Below are positions 1 through 13,896 of a stretch of DNA of 64,000 nt, piece after piece. The stretch's first letter is position 1. Every line of letters starts with the position of its first letter. The notes beneath the pieces are model-generated. The model saw nothing but the letters and a program-made list of their open reading frames with translations, was not told where the DNA came from and made no database searches. This stretch comes from the human T2T-CHM13v2.0 reference genome, Homo sapiens, in the NCBI RefSeq assembly GCF_009914755.1, contig NC_060930.1. The stretch is one strand, 5' to 3'. The translations under genes and the position numbers were made by a program.

Positions 1-2100
1 CAATCACATTCACAATAGCCACAAAAAGAATAAAATACCTAGGAATACAGCTAACCAGGGAGATGAAAGATCTCTACAAGAATTACAAAACACTTCTCAA
101 ATAAATCAGAGATGACACAAACAAATGAAAAAACATGCCGTGCTCATGAATAGAAAGAATCAACATTGTTAAAATGGCCAGACTACCCAAAGCAATTTAT
201 AGATTCAGTGCGATTCCTATCAACTACCAATGACATTCTTCACAGAATTAGCAAAAGCAATTTTTTTTGAGATAGGCTCTTACTCTGTCACCTAGGCTGA
301 AGTACAGTGGTGCAATTGGCTCGCTACAGCCTCGACCTCCCAAGCTAAATCAATCCTCCCACCTCAGCCTCCTGAATAGCTTAGACTACAAGCACACACC
401 ACTATGAATGGCTAATTTTTGTATTTTTTGTAGAGATGGGGTTTTACCATGTTGCCCAGTCTGGTCTCAAACTCCTGGGTTCAAGTGATCCGCCCACCTC
501 AGCCTCCCAAAGTGTTGGGATTAAGGGCATGAGCCACCATACCCAGCCAGAAAAAGCAATTTTAAAATTTGTATGGAACCAAAAAAGGGCCCAAATAGCC
601 AAAGCAATCTTCAGCAAAAAGAACAAAGTTGAAAGCATCACGTTATCCAACTTCAAACTATACTACAAGGCTATAATAATCAAAACAGCATGGTACTGGT
701 ACAAAAACAGACACATAGACCAATGGAACAGAATAGAGACTGCAAAAATAATGCTACACACCTACAACCATCTTATCTTCAACAGTCAACAAAAACAAGC
801 AATGGGGAAAGCAGTCCCTATTTAATAAATGGTGCTGGGATAACTGGCTAGTCATATGCAGAAGATTAAAACTGGAGCCCCTTCCTTACATCATATACAA
901 AAATCAATTCAAGATGGATTAAAGAATTATATGTAAAACCCAAAACTATAAAATCCTAGAAGATAACCTAGGCAATATCATTCTGGACATAGGCCCTGGC
1001 AAAGATTTCACAACAAAGATACAAAAAGTAATTCCAACAGAAACAAAAATTGACAAACGAGGCCTAACTAAAGAGCTTCTACAAAGCAAAAGAAACTATC
1101 AATGGAGTAAACAGACAACCTACAGAGTGGAAGAAAATATTTGCAAACTATGCATTTGACAAAGGTCTAATATCCAGAATATATAAGGAATATAAATGAA
1201 TTTACAAGCAGAAAACAACCCCATTAAAAAGTGGGCAAAGAATATGAACGGTTTTCAAAGAAAGACATATATGCAGCCATGAAAAAGATGCTCAAAATAA
1301 CTAAATATTGGAGAATGCAAATCAAAACTACAATGAGATACCATCTCACATTAGTCAGAACGGCTATTATTAAAAAATAAAAAAATAACAGGTACTGGCA
1401 AGGTTGTAGAGAAGAGGGAATTCTTATACACTGCTGGTGGGAATGTAAATTGGTTCAGCCATTGTGGAAAGCAGTGTGGCAGTTTCCCAAAGAACTTAAA
1501 ACAGAAGTACCATTCAACTCAGCAATTCCGTTACTGAGTATATACCTAAAGAAATATAAATAATTCTACCATAAAGATACATGCACGCAAATGTTCATCG
1601 CAGCACTATTCACAATAGCAAAGATGTGAAATCAACCTAAGTGCTTATCAATGGCAGATTAGATAAAGAAAATGTGGTACAAATAAACTATGGAATACTA
1701 TACAGCCATAAATAGAGACAAGATCATGTCCTTTAGAGCAACATGAATAGAGCTGCAAGCTGTTATCCTAAGCAAACTAATGCAGGAACAGAAAACCAAA
1801 TACCACAGGTTTTCACTTATAAATGGGATCTAAACATTGAGAACATGGACACAAAGAAGAGCACAACAGACACTGAGGCCTACCTGAGGGTGGAGGGTGA
1901 AGGGTGAGAGGAGGGAGAAGATTAAAAAACCACCTGTCAGGTACTATGCTTATCACCTGAGTGATGAAATAGTCTGTACACCAAACCCCTGTGACACACA
2001 ATTTACCCATATAACAAACCCGCACATGTACCCCTAAACAGAAATAAAAGTTAAAAAAAAAAAAAGAAAGAAAGAAAAGGAAAGGAAAGGGGGAAAAAAA
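1..2100 (+). mobile_element. L1 (older primate L1PA/L1PB-type): 3' part of ORF2, 3'UTR and A-rich tail; interrupted by an Alu
   Basis: ORF 436..825 runs into the L1 ORF2 peptide [23 protein letters not shown]...[18 protein letters not shown]. Typical L1 3'UTR with AATAAA at ~2043 and an A/GA tail to ~2100. Confidence 0.93.
261..548 (-). mobile_element. Alu (AluJ-like) inserted in L1
   Basis: Reverse-complement Alu dimer with TSD AAAAGCAATTT on both sides. Confidence 0.93.
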
Positions 2101-2480
2101 TGTAGACAGTTTATCTGGGCCAAGCTTGAGGACTGCAATCCAGGAGCACAGTTTCAAATTGCCCTGAGTATACACTCTGATTAGCAGCAGTTACAAGTGG
2201 ATTTTTAAAGGGAAAGAAGAGGCAGTTCCAGAGTTGTTTACCAAAAATTCACATTATAATGACATTATTGATTGGCTACGCATTGTTAAGCTGTAGAACG
2301 CCGGTTATAGTGTACTGGGTGGCATTATTAGGTTAATTTTTAGTTACTTGTGGCAATAACAAGCAGTTTCAAAAGCTGAAAACATAGCCCAAAAAAGAGG
2401 AGAGTAGGACATGATTGCTGTTTCATTTTAATGCCTCTCTGGGCCTGATAATTTCAATGGACTCACATAATTTTCTTATT
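2101..2480 (-). mobile_element. ERV1 (MER4-group) LTR fragment
   Basis: Resembles MER4-group LTR sequence (tttatctgggccaagcttgaggactgcaa...). Subfamily and ends uncertain. Confidence 0.5.
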
Positions 2481-2659
2481 CCATTGTCCTGTTTTTTTCC
2501 AAACTGAAACTATCTCCCCTTTCTTTGAATCCCTCTATAGCTGTCATTTTCGTACCATTCACAGTACACGCCATGTTCTGCTAGCGGTCCATTTTTCTTA
2601 GTCTCTTCTGTCTCTACTACTAGATCTTTGAGAGTTTCACTGGTCTAGCATGGTGCCTT

Positions 2660-3117
2660 AGTCACAGTTTGCCTGCCTCTGAGTTCCTCTGAAAGCGAAC
2701 CCCAAGGCAACCCTGGGTTAGGTAGTTTATTGGGAACATGATCCCAGGAAGTGCAAGTGGGGAGATCAAGGCAAAGAAGGGAGGAAGGCCAATAGTGTGT
2801 GCATCAGTGAGTCGATGGCCACTGTGGGCAGATGAGGACCCTATGGGAAGCATCCTTCAGAACTGTTCCACCAAGGGATACAGAAGCTGCAGTATTTATT
2901 CACAAACTCTCATACCTCATTGATTAAGTGTTGCCCCTGGAGCATCCATTTCCAGCATTGCCAGCAGCCCTGCACATGGCTGAGGGAGCTCTTTTTGTTG
3001 CAGGGAGAGAAACAAAGAGCCATGGACAGGTAAGAGGGGAATCTACCAGTGTACCCTAGAGCTCTCTGCTGTAGCTGCAGGTGAACTTAGGGTTGGTTAC
3101 CCATGCCATCTACTGTA
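2660..3117 (-). mobile_element. ERVL LTR (LTR16/LTR33-like), diverged
   Basis: Motif gtagtttattgggaacatgatcccaggaag resembles the LTR16/LTR33 consensus. Confidence 0.55.
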
Positions 3118-3283
3118 GAGTTCAATAAAAATCTAGTTAGTATTGAATGACTGGAAAAAATAAATATTTCAGAAACACTGCTTATTTCTCAACACAAAGT
3201 CACATATCTGGAAGAGTTACACCTATTTCTTTTTATACCACTATTCTATTTAACCCGTTTACTACACAGTGTTTAAGGACCAA

Positions 3284-3301
3284 TTCTGGAATGTTCTAGA
3301 A
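3284..3301. promoter_or_regulatory. Perfect four-pentamer heat-shock element (HSF motif)
   Basis: TTCtgGAAtgTTCtaGAA gives four alternating nGAAn units. Function untested. Confidence 0.5.
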
Positions 3302-6300
3302 TACAGATCATGGCTATTTTGCTCCCTGGTTCTGTTTGGGAGACTGTCGAAATCCCTGGGTATTGCTGTAAAAGACAAAAGGCAATGTAGCAAATAGCTA
3401 TCAAGAAGCTTTCTCAAACATTTCTCAAATATTCTTTACAAAACATAGAGTGACTTGTCCAGGTTTAAATAGTAAGTCAGTCCTCAGGCTGGAAAAACAA
3501 CTTGGAATTTGTCAAGTTTTCCAAAAGCCCAATCAAGAAAGGCAGGTAATTAACCACTCACACAGCCCACATCCGGGACCCTCCACCTAACTAACCATTC
3601 CATCTGTGCTTCTATCGTGTTTTCTTTACTCCTGCAAATACCATGACTTTATGTTTCCACAGAGCTGTTATTCCAGGAGAACCACGGGTAGTACAAACAA
3701 CTCTGTGATTCTAAATAACTTCTCTTTGTCCCTCACTGCTTTTCCCAAACACCGTGGGTGGTAAAAGTAAAGGCCCATAATTTTAATGCCAACATGTAAT
3801 ATTTTTAATCAGGCTACAGAATTCACACAGGAATTTCTTGGGGGAATGGCAACCTTTGCATCTTACATTTTTCCACATTAATAATGATAAGATTAGCCTA
3901 AAATCAACTAATAAAAAAGGTAAGAGCAGTAATAGAAGCCAGAATTGCTTATTAATTCTTATCAATTCCAGTCATGTTGTTTTGCAATGTCTTTAACACC
4001 TTAAATTAGAGCAAACTTTCCCAGATCAGGCTCAGAATCTTCAATGAAGCATTAAAATTTGACCAGAGCTTAGTGCAGAGCCCTACTCAGAAAGAGGGCT
4101 TAATAAATAGGAACAACTCTGGGAAGATTGTGTATATTCTCAAGACTGACAACTAAACCAAAAATGACAATCTCCAGTGAGATTTATTTCAGGACAAAAT
4201 AAAGGTCTGAAGTTTCCTTGGGATTAAAATTTTTAATTGTTCCTGCCTAAAATGTTTCTTTCAAAAAAAAAAAAAAACTGGATTAGGGCACTAAGCTTTA
4301 TTTAGGTAAACTGTGATCTCCTACCAATTTTATTCACAAATATAAAACAGCCTGAGTAGCGCCAAATATTCTCAGTACCCAAGTTTTACAGCTACCTTCC
4401 AAGAACAGAATTTTCAAAGCCACATGAAAACCAGCAAGCTCAGGCCTTTTGGTTGTGTACATTTTTAAGAAGCAGAAGAGAGAGGGACGAGGACCTGAGA
4501 GCACAAAGAGAGTAAAACAAAAACAAAGTTTAGTACCAGATGCAGACTCAGGAAGGCCTGAGCGCTATCCAAGTGGGAGTTTTGAGTGATCCTCAGCAAC
4601 TGTGAGGACCTTTGAAAGGTTTAAAAATATAAATTGTGGCCACTAAAAAAAATATGTTCACAGCTGCTTCAGGAATAAAATAGTATATATTGCACTGAAT
4701 AGACTCAGACCCTTACACACAGCAGACTTTCACCTTGTGGGTCCTTTTCTATTTCCTCGGGGGCAAACAGGAAGTCATTTCTGTCCTTGCTCTCAAAGTG
4801 GTTACAGCCTAGCTGGGGACTGAACTGAAACATACAGGAAAAGAAAGTGAACCCCTCCAAACAATCCCAGCCTGGAGGACTTTCAGACTAGACACACCTA
4901 GAGGGAAGGGGCCGAGTCAGTTGCTCACCCAGACTTTCCAGTCTCTGAGGGAGCCTGACTCCCCTTAATTGCCAGTTAACTGAGAACCATTTCCCTACCA
5001 ATGAGGACCCTAGTGTGCGTGTCATGAGAGTTTTCTTTTGACAGTGCAGTTTAAGTGCTAAATAAACAACTGCTTTTATTCATTGTTATTACTATTTGTA
5101 TTTGCTTCCTTCATTAGCAGTATCTTCCTAGAGGAAGAACTTCCTGGAGGTTAGGAAAATGCCCTGTGACTCCCACCTGGAACTGAAATCCACTTTCCTA
5201 CTGTTGTAAATAGAACTTAGGGGATACTGAATACTAATTAAATGTTATTATTTGCCATCAGACTACAACTATAACAGATAATGTTCTTTGAGACACTGAA
5301 ACCAGAATTCCTGACAAGGTCAACTTTACAGCTGGTTGGCAGACACACAGGAAACATTTGGAGCCACATCCTTGATTACTAGTGTCTACCAATGGTTAAT
5401 AGGAACCAGACTGGTGAAATAGGCAACATGTGCTCAAAGTCACCCAGAGGAGGGGACAACACAGAGGCTGAAACCCAGGCCCCATCTTGCCCCAGGACAA
5501 AACCCTGCTTCTGTGACTACAACCACAGCCTTAGTTTTCTTTGCATGAAAAAGCCTCTAGGGGCCAAGGCCATGGTCCAGGGGGCTGTGCTGCTTACAGG
5601 AGGAAACTTTCTCTAGTTCCTCTGTCCTGAGAAGGCACAGAGAATTAGGTGAACCTGGCTCAAGTCTCCCAATTGCACCATCTTGAATGAGCCTTGTATT
5701 CTCCCTGTGAAAGATGTAACATCAAGATACCTTCATTTGCTCTAGCTTCTGTACAGGGGTTCCACTGTACACCAACCCAGAAGCAAGATCTACCCCTCTT
5801 ATTTTCCACAAGAAGAAAGCCAGTCTCGTGAGCACATCATAATCATGGTTGTTGGGTTGAAGATGAGTGACCTTGGGGGTAAGGGTACTTCCCACAGGAC
5901 AACCCAGGGCCCAGCTCTCCTATTTTTCTTGCAGAGCCAGCCCCATACCCGGGCCCTGGTCTCCAAAAGCCCTAGCCCAGCCATCACCCTGTCCACTGCA
6001 CAGCAACTTTGGGAAGGCCTGTCCAGCCCTGTCCTCAGCCTGCTTCTCTCCCATGGGCCAGCCCTTGTCCTTTCCAGTCCTTTCCAGAATTCTAGTGAAT
6101 AAGATGTCTCCACACAAATGAATAATTCAGTAAGCACCTGGCGCGTAGCTGACACTTACCAAATATTGGTGGAATATGCAAGGGAGGGAATGAATACATG
6201 AACAATTGGAGCCTCGTCATGTGTATTACCTAAGAAAGCTGAATTCCGGGTTGAGGTGGAATCGAGTGTTTCTGCAGCCTCTTTCAAAATAGACAAGTCA

Positions 6301-7408
6301 GCACAAGGCATCTGGCTCCTCAGCAAACTTCCTAATCATAGGAAATAAAAGGTTATATGGCACAGAGGTTACCTACAGGCTGGAATGTTTTCTAAACAAA
6401 AGAATAAAACACCGTGCCTGTGAAGGAAAAGCAAAGCTAGAGCCAGGAGCCAGGGAAGGGTCCTTGGTAAAGAAGACTAGAGTGTCATGCCTTTGACAAG
6501 GAAAGAGAAGGCCAGCAGACCAGATGCCTGTCACTGAAGCAAGTCCCCTTCCTGCTTCACTAGACCCCCATGGCCAGCCTTGTAACAAGGCACAGAGACG
6601 TGGCTTTAGCTGTGAATCGTCACATTCAAGGAATGTACATCTCCAACTCCAAAAAGAGCCTGCCTCCCTGACTTCACTGAACAGCAAGTCTCTGCTTTCC
6701 TCAAAGTCTCAGCCTGGGCAGGAACAAGCTATTCTCACACCTCCAGTTGCAGCCCCTAAAACATCATCTCTATCTCTTGGCACAAAGAGAAATGGTAAAA
6801 ATATCCACTTCACACCATAAGACTGTTTGCCAGAAAGAATAGAGTTTTACCCACCCTTCATTAAGTATGTTTTCAAATGTTACTCTTTCCCTCTCTGCTG
6901 GGTATGAGTGAATCACATCCTCAGGAAATACCACTGGGTATGTAAATTAGCACTCTGGAATGTCTTAAGACATGAAGTTAGTTCAGCTGACTCCCTGGTT
7001 GTATGTGGCTTTGAAATGAACACTTAAAGCCTTTAAACAGGTATGACCTTGTTTATGAATTATGTTATGAATTAGTATTCAAGGTGGGTAATGTTGGTGC
7101 TCAGGTGTTTGTCCAGGTAAAAGGCAAATCAGCTTAATGTAAAGCCCTTACTCCACGGTTTTGACACACGTGCTGTTGCCTAAATGAATGAATCTTGCGG
7201 ACCACTTCTAAGGCTGGTGAATGAAGTCAAAGAAGTCAAAGCAGGGGGGGACCCAGCTTTAGGAAATAGCATGGCTTATGTTACCCTTAAACCACTTTTG
7301 TTTTAAAAGAAAGATAATAGGGACCTAACAAAGAGAGGCTGTGTGTCCTTAGAGCACCTTTTATCAATGTACCAGGAAAAAGAGGTTAAGAACTCTGAAT
7401 CTGGAGGT

Positions 7409-7837
7409 TGTCAGGCCTCTGAGCCCAAGCTAAGCCATCATATCCCCTGTGACCTGACGTATACATCCAGATGGCCTGAAGCAACTGAAGATCTACAAAA
7501 GAAGTGAAAATAGCCTTAACTGATGACATTCCACCATTGTGATTTGTTTCTGCCCCACCCTAACTGACCAATGTACTTTGTAATCTCCCCCACCCTTAAG
7601 AAAGTTCTTTGTAATTCTCCCCATGCTTGAGAATGTACTTTGTGAGATCCACCCCCTGCCCACAAAACATTGCTCCTAACTCCACCGCCTATCCCCAAAC
7701 ATGTAAGAACTGATGATAATCCCACACTTGGCTGACTCTCTTTTCGGACTCAGCCCGCCTGCACCCAAGTGAAATAAACAGTCTTGTTGCTCACACAAAG
7801 CCTGTTTGGTGGTATCTTCACACGGACGCGCATGACA
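7409..7837 (+). mobile_element. HERV-H solo LTR (LTR7 family, LTR7B-like)
   Basis: Starts TGTCAGGCCTCTGAGCCCAAGCTAAGCCATCAT and ends CACACGGACGCGCATGACA, with an internal AATAAA. Perfect 5-bp TSD GAGGT at 7404-7408 and 7838-7842. Confidence 0.95.
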
Positions 7838-7933
7838 GAGGTAACTTTAAGAGAAGGAACAATATAATCCTTGTATGTTCAAGCTATTTGCTCCTGTGTT
7901 CCAGCCTTGATGGAAGAATCGGGCATCACTGTG

Positions 7934-8100
7934 GGGGCGGTGAGTCAAGCTGGCTGGCAGTGCTTCAGGAAATCGGGTGTGAGGCCTGTCTATGCTATGC
8001 AAATAAATAATACTCCCAGACGGAGGCAGGATTTTCATTCAATCTTCCGGAATTTGTATGAATCTTAGACCTAAAAATGATGGGCAATGAAGCTGAGTCA
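7934..8100. promoter_or_regulatory. Candidate enhancer motif cluster next to LTR7
   Basis: GC box 7934-7940, AP-1 TGAGTCA at 7941 and 8094, octamer ATGCAAAT 7997-8004, palindromic TTCCGGAA 8045-8052. Confidence 0.4.
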
Positions 8101-9977
8101 CAGTATAATCTGAGTGGATCCTATAAACTCAGTTACTTCACTCTGTCTTTTGCTTGTATCAGCCCAGAGAGATCTTACTGCAAACCTAGCTGAAGGGCTC
8201 TCAGAAACCAGAACACAGGAGCTCATTTGTGCTTCCGAGTTGATGGAAGGGAATCACAGGTGTCAGTCTTGATTGGGCACAGAGAAAACTCACACCAAGT
8301 TACAAGAGGAAATTTCATTTGTTTCTCTAAGATAAAACAATACATCCCTCCAGATGCTAATTTATAAAATGTCATTGCACTCAATGTTTTTTCAGTCCAA
8401 TTCAAGCTTGTGGCTATGAATTCAAAATAAACAGAGCTGATCTGGGGAGCCACAAAGCTTTGCAGAGAAAAACAAACATCAGTTATTGTTAAGGGAAAAA
8501 CCACACACATCTTTGCCTCAAATCAGAAGAAAGGTGAGGCTAAAAGCCAAGTGGTTTAACGTTTGAAAACTTCCTTTTTCTAAGGGCGTGTTTGTTTTAA
8601 TAAGTTAATACTTGATATGCCTGTGCAAAGTCCAGGATGGACAACTGCCCCAACTCTAACCAGACAATGTCTCCTCTGTGGGCCAACCCTGATTCTGACT
8701 TGGGGAAATCTGGGGGCTGGGGAAGCCCTGCTCTGTGCAGACAACCTCCAAAATCCCTCCTGCTTTCTGGCCTTTCTCCACCTGAACTGCCCACTCCAAC
8801 ACAACTTTATCCACTTGTTCTCTTCAGCAAGAAACTCCTTCACAGAGAAACCACCAGCCCATTCAGCCCCTTTGTGGGGAATATGAAAATGCACCTCACA
8901 GCACCACTGACCCAGGGTGCCTCTGAGAGGCAGGGAGCACCCTGTAGCGAGCCAGGTAGGGCTCCTCTCCCCTCAGAGGGTTACAGCCTACACACACATG
9001 AGCCATGCCCCATCCTCATTCTCCCCCTACTCTAGATCGAAACCCAGCTTAGGAACCACCTTCAGCATGTCCCATGTCATCTGGAGCTTCATCACTTCCA
9101 AAGAGCCCCGGTGACAACTTCCTAATCTCATCCTGGCTAGAATGCTGATAAAAATGTACTAAGGGGAAAACCCAAGCCTGGGCCCTTCTTGCTCAGACCT
9201 TTTTTTCTATGTTGTTCCTTTTTAATTCTAAAACAATGCCTGTTTATTGTGCAAAGCCTAGCCTACCTCTTTTTAATTTGGGATCAAAATTAAATAGAAA
9301 CTTTGGGCTTTTTTGTGTAATAGATCATACTTATTTTCCCATGACATTAAAAACTTTTTTGAAACATAATGACAGCATAATATTCCCTTGCATAGAAATA
9401 CCTTAAGAGTCCCCCTGACACTGACTGTGATATGTTCATTTATGCATTACCCATTATTGCCTGTGATTTGGGGTTTTAGCCATTGTAGGAAAAGGCAAGG
9501 AGTGATTAAACCCTTCTTAAGTTATCCTATTCTGTTTCTGTCTGGGGCCCTGACTGACACAGCAAAAATGTGCAAATGCAAATGCCCCTTTAATTATAGC
9601 AGGACTGTGTGATACACCTACAAGCAGGGCAAGCCCCAGGTTTCACAGACCATTTTGCTTTTTTCCAGTCCTTTGAGTCCTAGAAAAACAAGTTAGAGAA
9701 TGTGTCAGCCCATGATACACACTGTGTGGATGGGACAAATGATGTGCTCTACAAGCACATGGGAAGGACAGGGGCAACTAATGGATTCCACAGGAGATGG
9801 AACCCCTGAGGCCACATCCCTGAGGGTAGGAAACATTTCAGTGGCGTGAGACAGCCCGCACCTGGATCAGAGAGCCTCTCTGCCCATATTAAACAAGATC
9901 AGACACAGCCTGCGACTTGCAGCCTGTTCTGGCAACACAACAACTTCTACCAAAGGTAGGTATGTGAGATCCAGCAC

Positions 9978-10133
9978 TTCATTTATTCATTTGACAAATG
10001 TTTGTTGAATATTTGTTGATTTACTATCCTCTACGTGCCAGATCATGTTCTAAGTGATGATCTCATTTTCCAGCATGCCTTTCGTCTTGGTGGTACTAAA
10101 AGCAAGTGTCTCTCTCTCACACACAGACACACA

Positions 10134-10167
<34 letters not shown>

Positions 10168-11145
10168 TTTGGTTCCCACCTTGAAAACCACATCTTTCAT
10201 CTTCCACTACTCAGGACTCTTCCTCCTCATGAGTTTTCTGTAAGATACCCAATATCCCACTCTGGCAAACTCCTAACTTTCATCCATCTCATTTCCTCAC
10301 TCCCATAGGACCTTCCCTTCCACCCCATACAGACATGGGGACTTCAATCCTCCATTTATTTCCATTCATCTTTTCCCTCCTGGATCTCCTCCATTCCTTG
10401 CTACTGCCCCAGTTTCCTAACTGGCCTCCCTGTTTTCAGTGTCTCTGAAATTCAAATCATTCTCCACCCTGCCATCAGAGGATGTATCTAAAATTACCTC
10501 TGCTCATACTGCTCCCCAAAATCTTAGCAAAGCATAAACATCTTGAACTCGCTCCCCTTCTTCAAACTTGACGTGATCCCTGAGGCCTCAGCAACTGTGG
10601 CTCCTGTGTTCTCCTGCCCATGGTGTTCTTTTCTCTCCCTGCTTTGGTGACTTCCCATTTGACCATACAATTCCAGTCTGTCATCACCTCATCCTGGTGG
10701 GTGAGGCTGAGGAAGAACTTAAAAGAGAAGAAATATTTATAGAGGGAGGATTTTATGTTTCTCTTGCAAGTTGAGCCCTCTCCTACAGATCACCTACATT
10801 GGCTAATGCTGCTCTTGTGGGCACAGAGTCTTCCAGAAATAACCATGATAGGTGTGAGGTTTTGCCCCTAGCCAGCACAGGTTGACATGACATGTTCCCA
10901 GGGCAGAAGACAAGTGACCCAGTTGGCTCTGCTGCATCGCTACAACCAGCACCCTGGTTCTCAAGCCCACCGTCATTTGCTACATACTGGGGCAACTCTT
11001 CTCTACCTGAAAATGCTTCATGGATTTGTTTGCTTGTTTATTGTATGCTTTCCCCACTAGAGCAGGGTCTATCATTTATTTATTTATAGCACTTAGAACA
11101 CTTTCAGAAACATAGTGGTTCGATGAATGTTGCCTAAATGAAGGC
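9978..11145. mobile_element. Degraded L2 fragments (discontinuous)
   Basis: L2 3'-end-like ttcatttattcatttgacaaatgtttgttga at ~9978 and ...tgaatgttgcctaaatgaa at ~11125, with pyrimidine-rich L2-like body between. Confidence 0.5.
10135..10167 (+). repeat. (ATC)11 microsatellite following a TC/CA compound repeat
   Basis: Counted directly; explains the poly-Ile run in ORF 10054..10308. Confidence 0.95.
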
Positions 11146-11669
11146 AGAAGGAAAGTCTCCTAACTCTTCATACAATCACTAAGTCATCTGTGCTCCAGGC
11201 TGGAGAGGCCAGGGAAATTTGGGTTAGATACTCAAGTTCAAATCAGACCACATCATTTTGCTTCTCAGAAGTTTCAAATGCTCCTGGGCTTCTAACTGGC
11301 AATGGTGGAAATGCTACCTCTTAAAATGCAAACCTCTTAACAGGGCAGGGGAAGGTCCTTGCTCTGGCCCCTGCTTGCCATGCTGGTGTCATCTTTCACC
11401 ACTCCTGGGCTCACATTTTATCCTCCAGAGCACTGAGGAGCTGTTGCTTCTCCCACATATCCTATGTCCCTCATTCCCTGATACGGCTCACACGGTCCCC
11501 TTCCCACCCTTCCCTGTTCTTTTCATCTCTCTCAGATCCACTTATTCTTTGAGGATTCACTCAACTCATATCTCTTATACCAATTATCACCTCTCATCCC
11601 TAGTCCCCAACAAGTTTGGGAACTTGCTCCAGATCTTGGGAGAGGCTTTAGGGAACTTACGAGGCAGGC

Positions 11670-11785
11670 TTTTTTTTTTTTTTTTTTCATTTTGTTTTGT
11701 TTTGTTTTTGTTTTGAGACAAGAGTTTTGCTCTTGTTGCCCAGGCTGGAGTGCAATGGCACAATCATGGCTCACTGCAACCTCTG
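11670..11785 (-). mobile_element. 5'-truncated Alu (3' part of right arm plus tail)
   Basis: TSD GAGGCAGG(C/T)TTT at 11661 and 11788. Confidence 0.9.
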
Positions 11786-12040
11786 TTGAGGCAGGTTTTA
11801 AGGGGAGAGATGCAGGTATGAGAAAGAAGGTCTGCAGAGACTGAATGCCTCAGCATCTGTGGCTACTCTGAGGGAGCTGGGGTTTTATTTTTTCCTTAGA
11901 AAAAATAATTTTCAGGAGAATATTCTTCTGATAACTTTCATCATTGAACTTAATAAATTGACTTTACAAGGTTTTTTCCTTGCAAATGATTATAACAACA
12001 GCAAAAAAAAAAAAAACCATCTCCTTCCCTACCCTTCCAT

Positions 12041-12070
12041 ATTCCAAGTAGATTCCAAGTAGATTCCAAG
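12041..12070 (+). repeat. Tandem 11-mer ATTCCAAGTAG, about 2.7 copies
   Basis: Seen directly. Confidence 0.9.
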
Positions 12071-12184
12071 ATGTTGCCACCGTCTCAATCACTATACAAG
12101 ACAGTTCCATCAGCACCAAAATGCCCTCATACTATCTTTTTATAGTCACACGCTTTCCCAACCTTTTTCCCTTAACAATCATGA

Positions 12185-12815
<631 letters not shown>

Positions 12816-13141
12816 TGGTATGTAACATTTTTGAGACCAGTACCTTTAACTCAGTGTAATGCCTTTGAGAGCCACCGAAATCGTTCATTGGATCAATAGT
12901 CTATTCTTTAATATTGCTGGGTCGTTTCCATTGTATAAATGTACTGAAGTTTATCCATTCACCCATTGAAGGACATCTGAGTTGTTTTCAGATTTTAGCA
13001 ATTATGAATAGAGCTGCTATTTATATTTGTGTACTTTTCTCTAGAGTAAATACGCAGGAAAGGAACTGTTGAATTTTAAGTGTATGCTTAACTTTATAAG
13101 AAATTGTGAAACCCATTTTCTTCCCACAACATATGAGTTCT

Positions 13142-13325
13142 TTTTTTGTTTGTTTGTTTTGGTTTTTTTTACTTGCCACCACGCCCAGCTAATTTTTGTA
13201 TTTTTAGTAGAGATGGGGTTTCACCATGTGGACCAGGCTGGTCTTGAACTCCTGACCTTAGGTGATCCGCCCTCCTTGGCCTCCCAAAGTGCTGGGATTA
13301 CAAGCATAAGCCACTGCGCCCAGCC
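13142..13325 (-). mobile_element. Alu left arm with only ~20 nt of right arm joined to the tail
   Basis: 18-bp TSD with 2 mismatches: CCACAACATATGAGTTCT (13124-13141) and CCACAGCGTATGAGTTCT (13326-13343). Confidence 0.88.
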
Positions 13326-13576
13326 CCACAGCGTATGAGTTCTAATTGTTCCACATTTTTTATGGCACTTGCTATTATCAGTATTTTTAATTTTAGCCAT
13401 TCTAATAGGTGTATAGTGGTATCTATTGTAGTTTAATTTGCATTTCCCAAGGGCTAATGAGGCAGAACATCTTTCCATGTGCTTATTTCTATCTTTGTAC
13501 TCTCTTTGGTATAGTGCCTATAGATCAATTAGGAGAGAATTGATATCTTTTCTGTGTTGAATCTTCCAATCCATGA

Positions 13577-13896
<320 letters not shown>

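Noticed and set aside
5799-6155. Cluster of overlapping ORFs on both strands
   Set aside because: Locally GC-rich sequence with no recognisable protein or exon structure.
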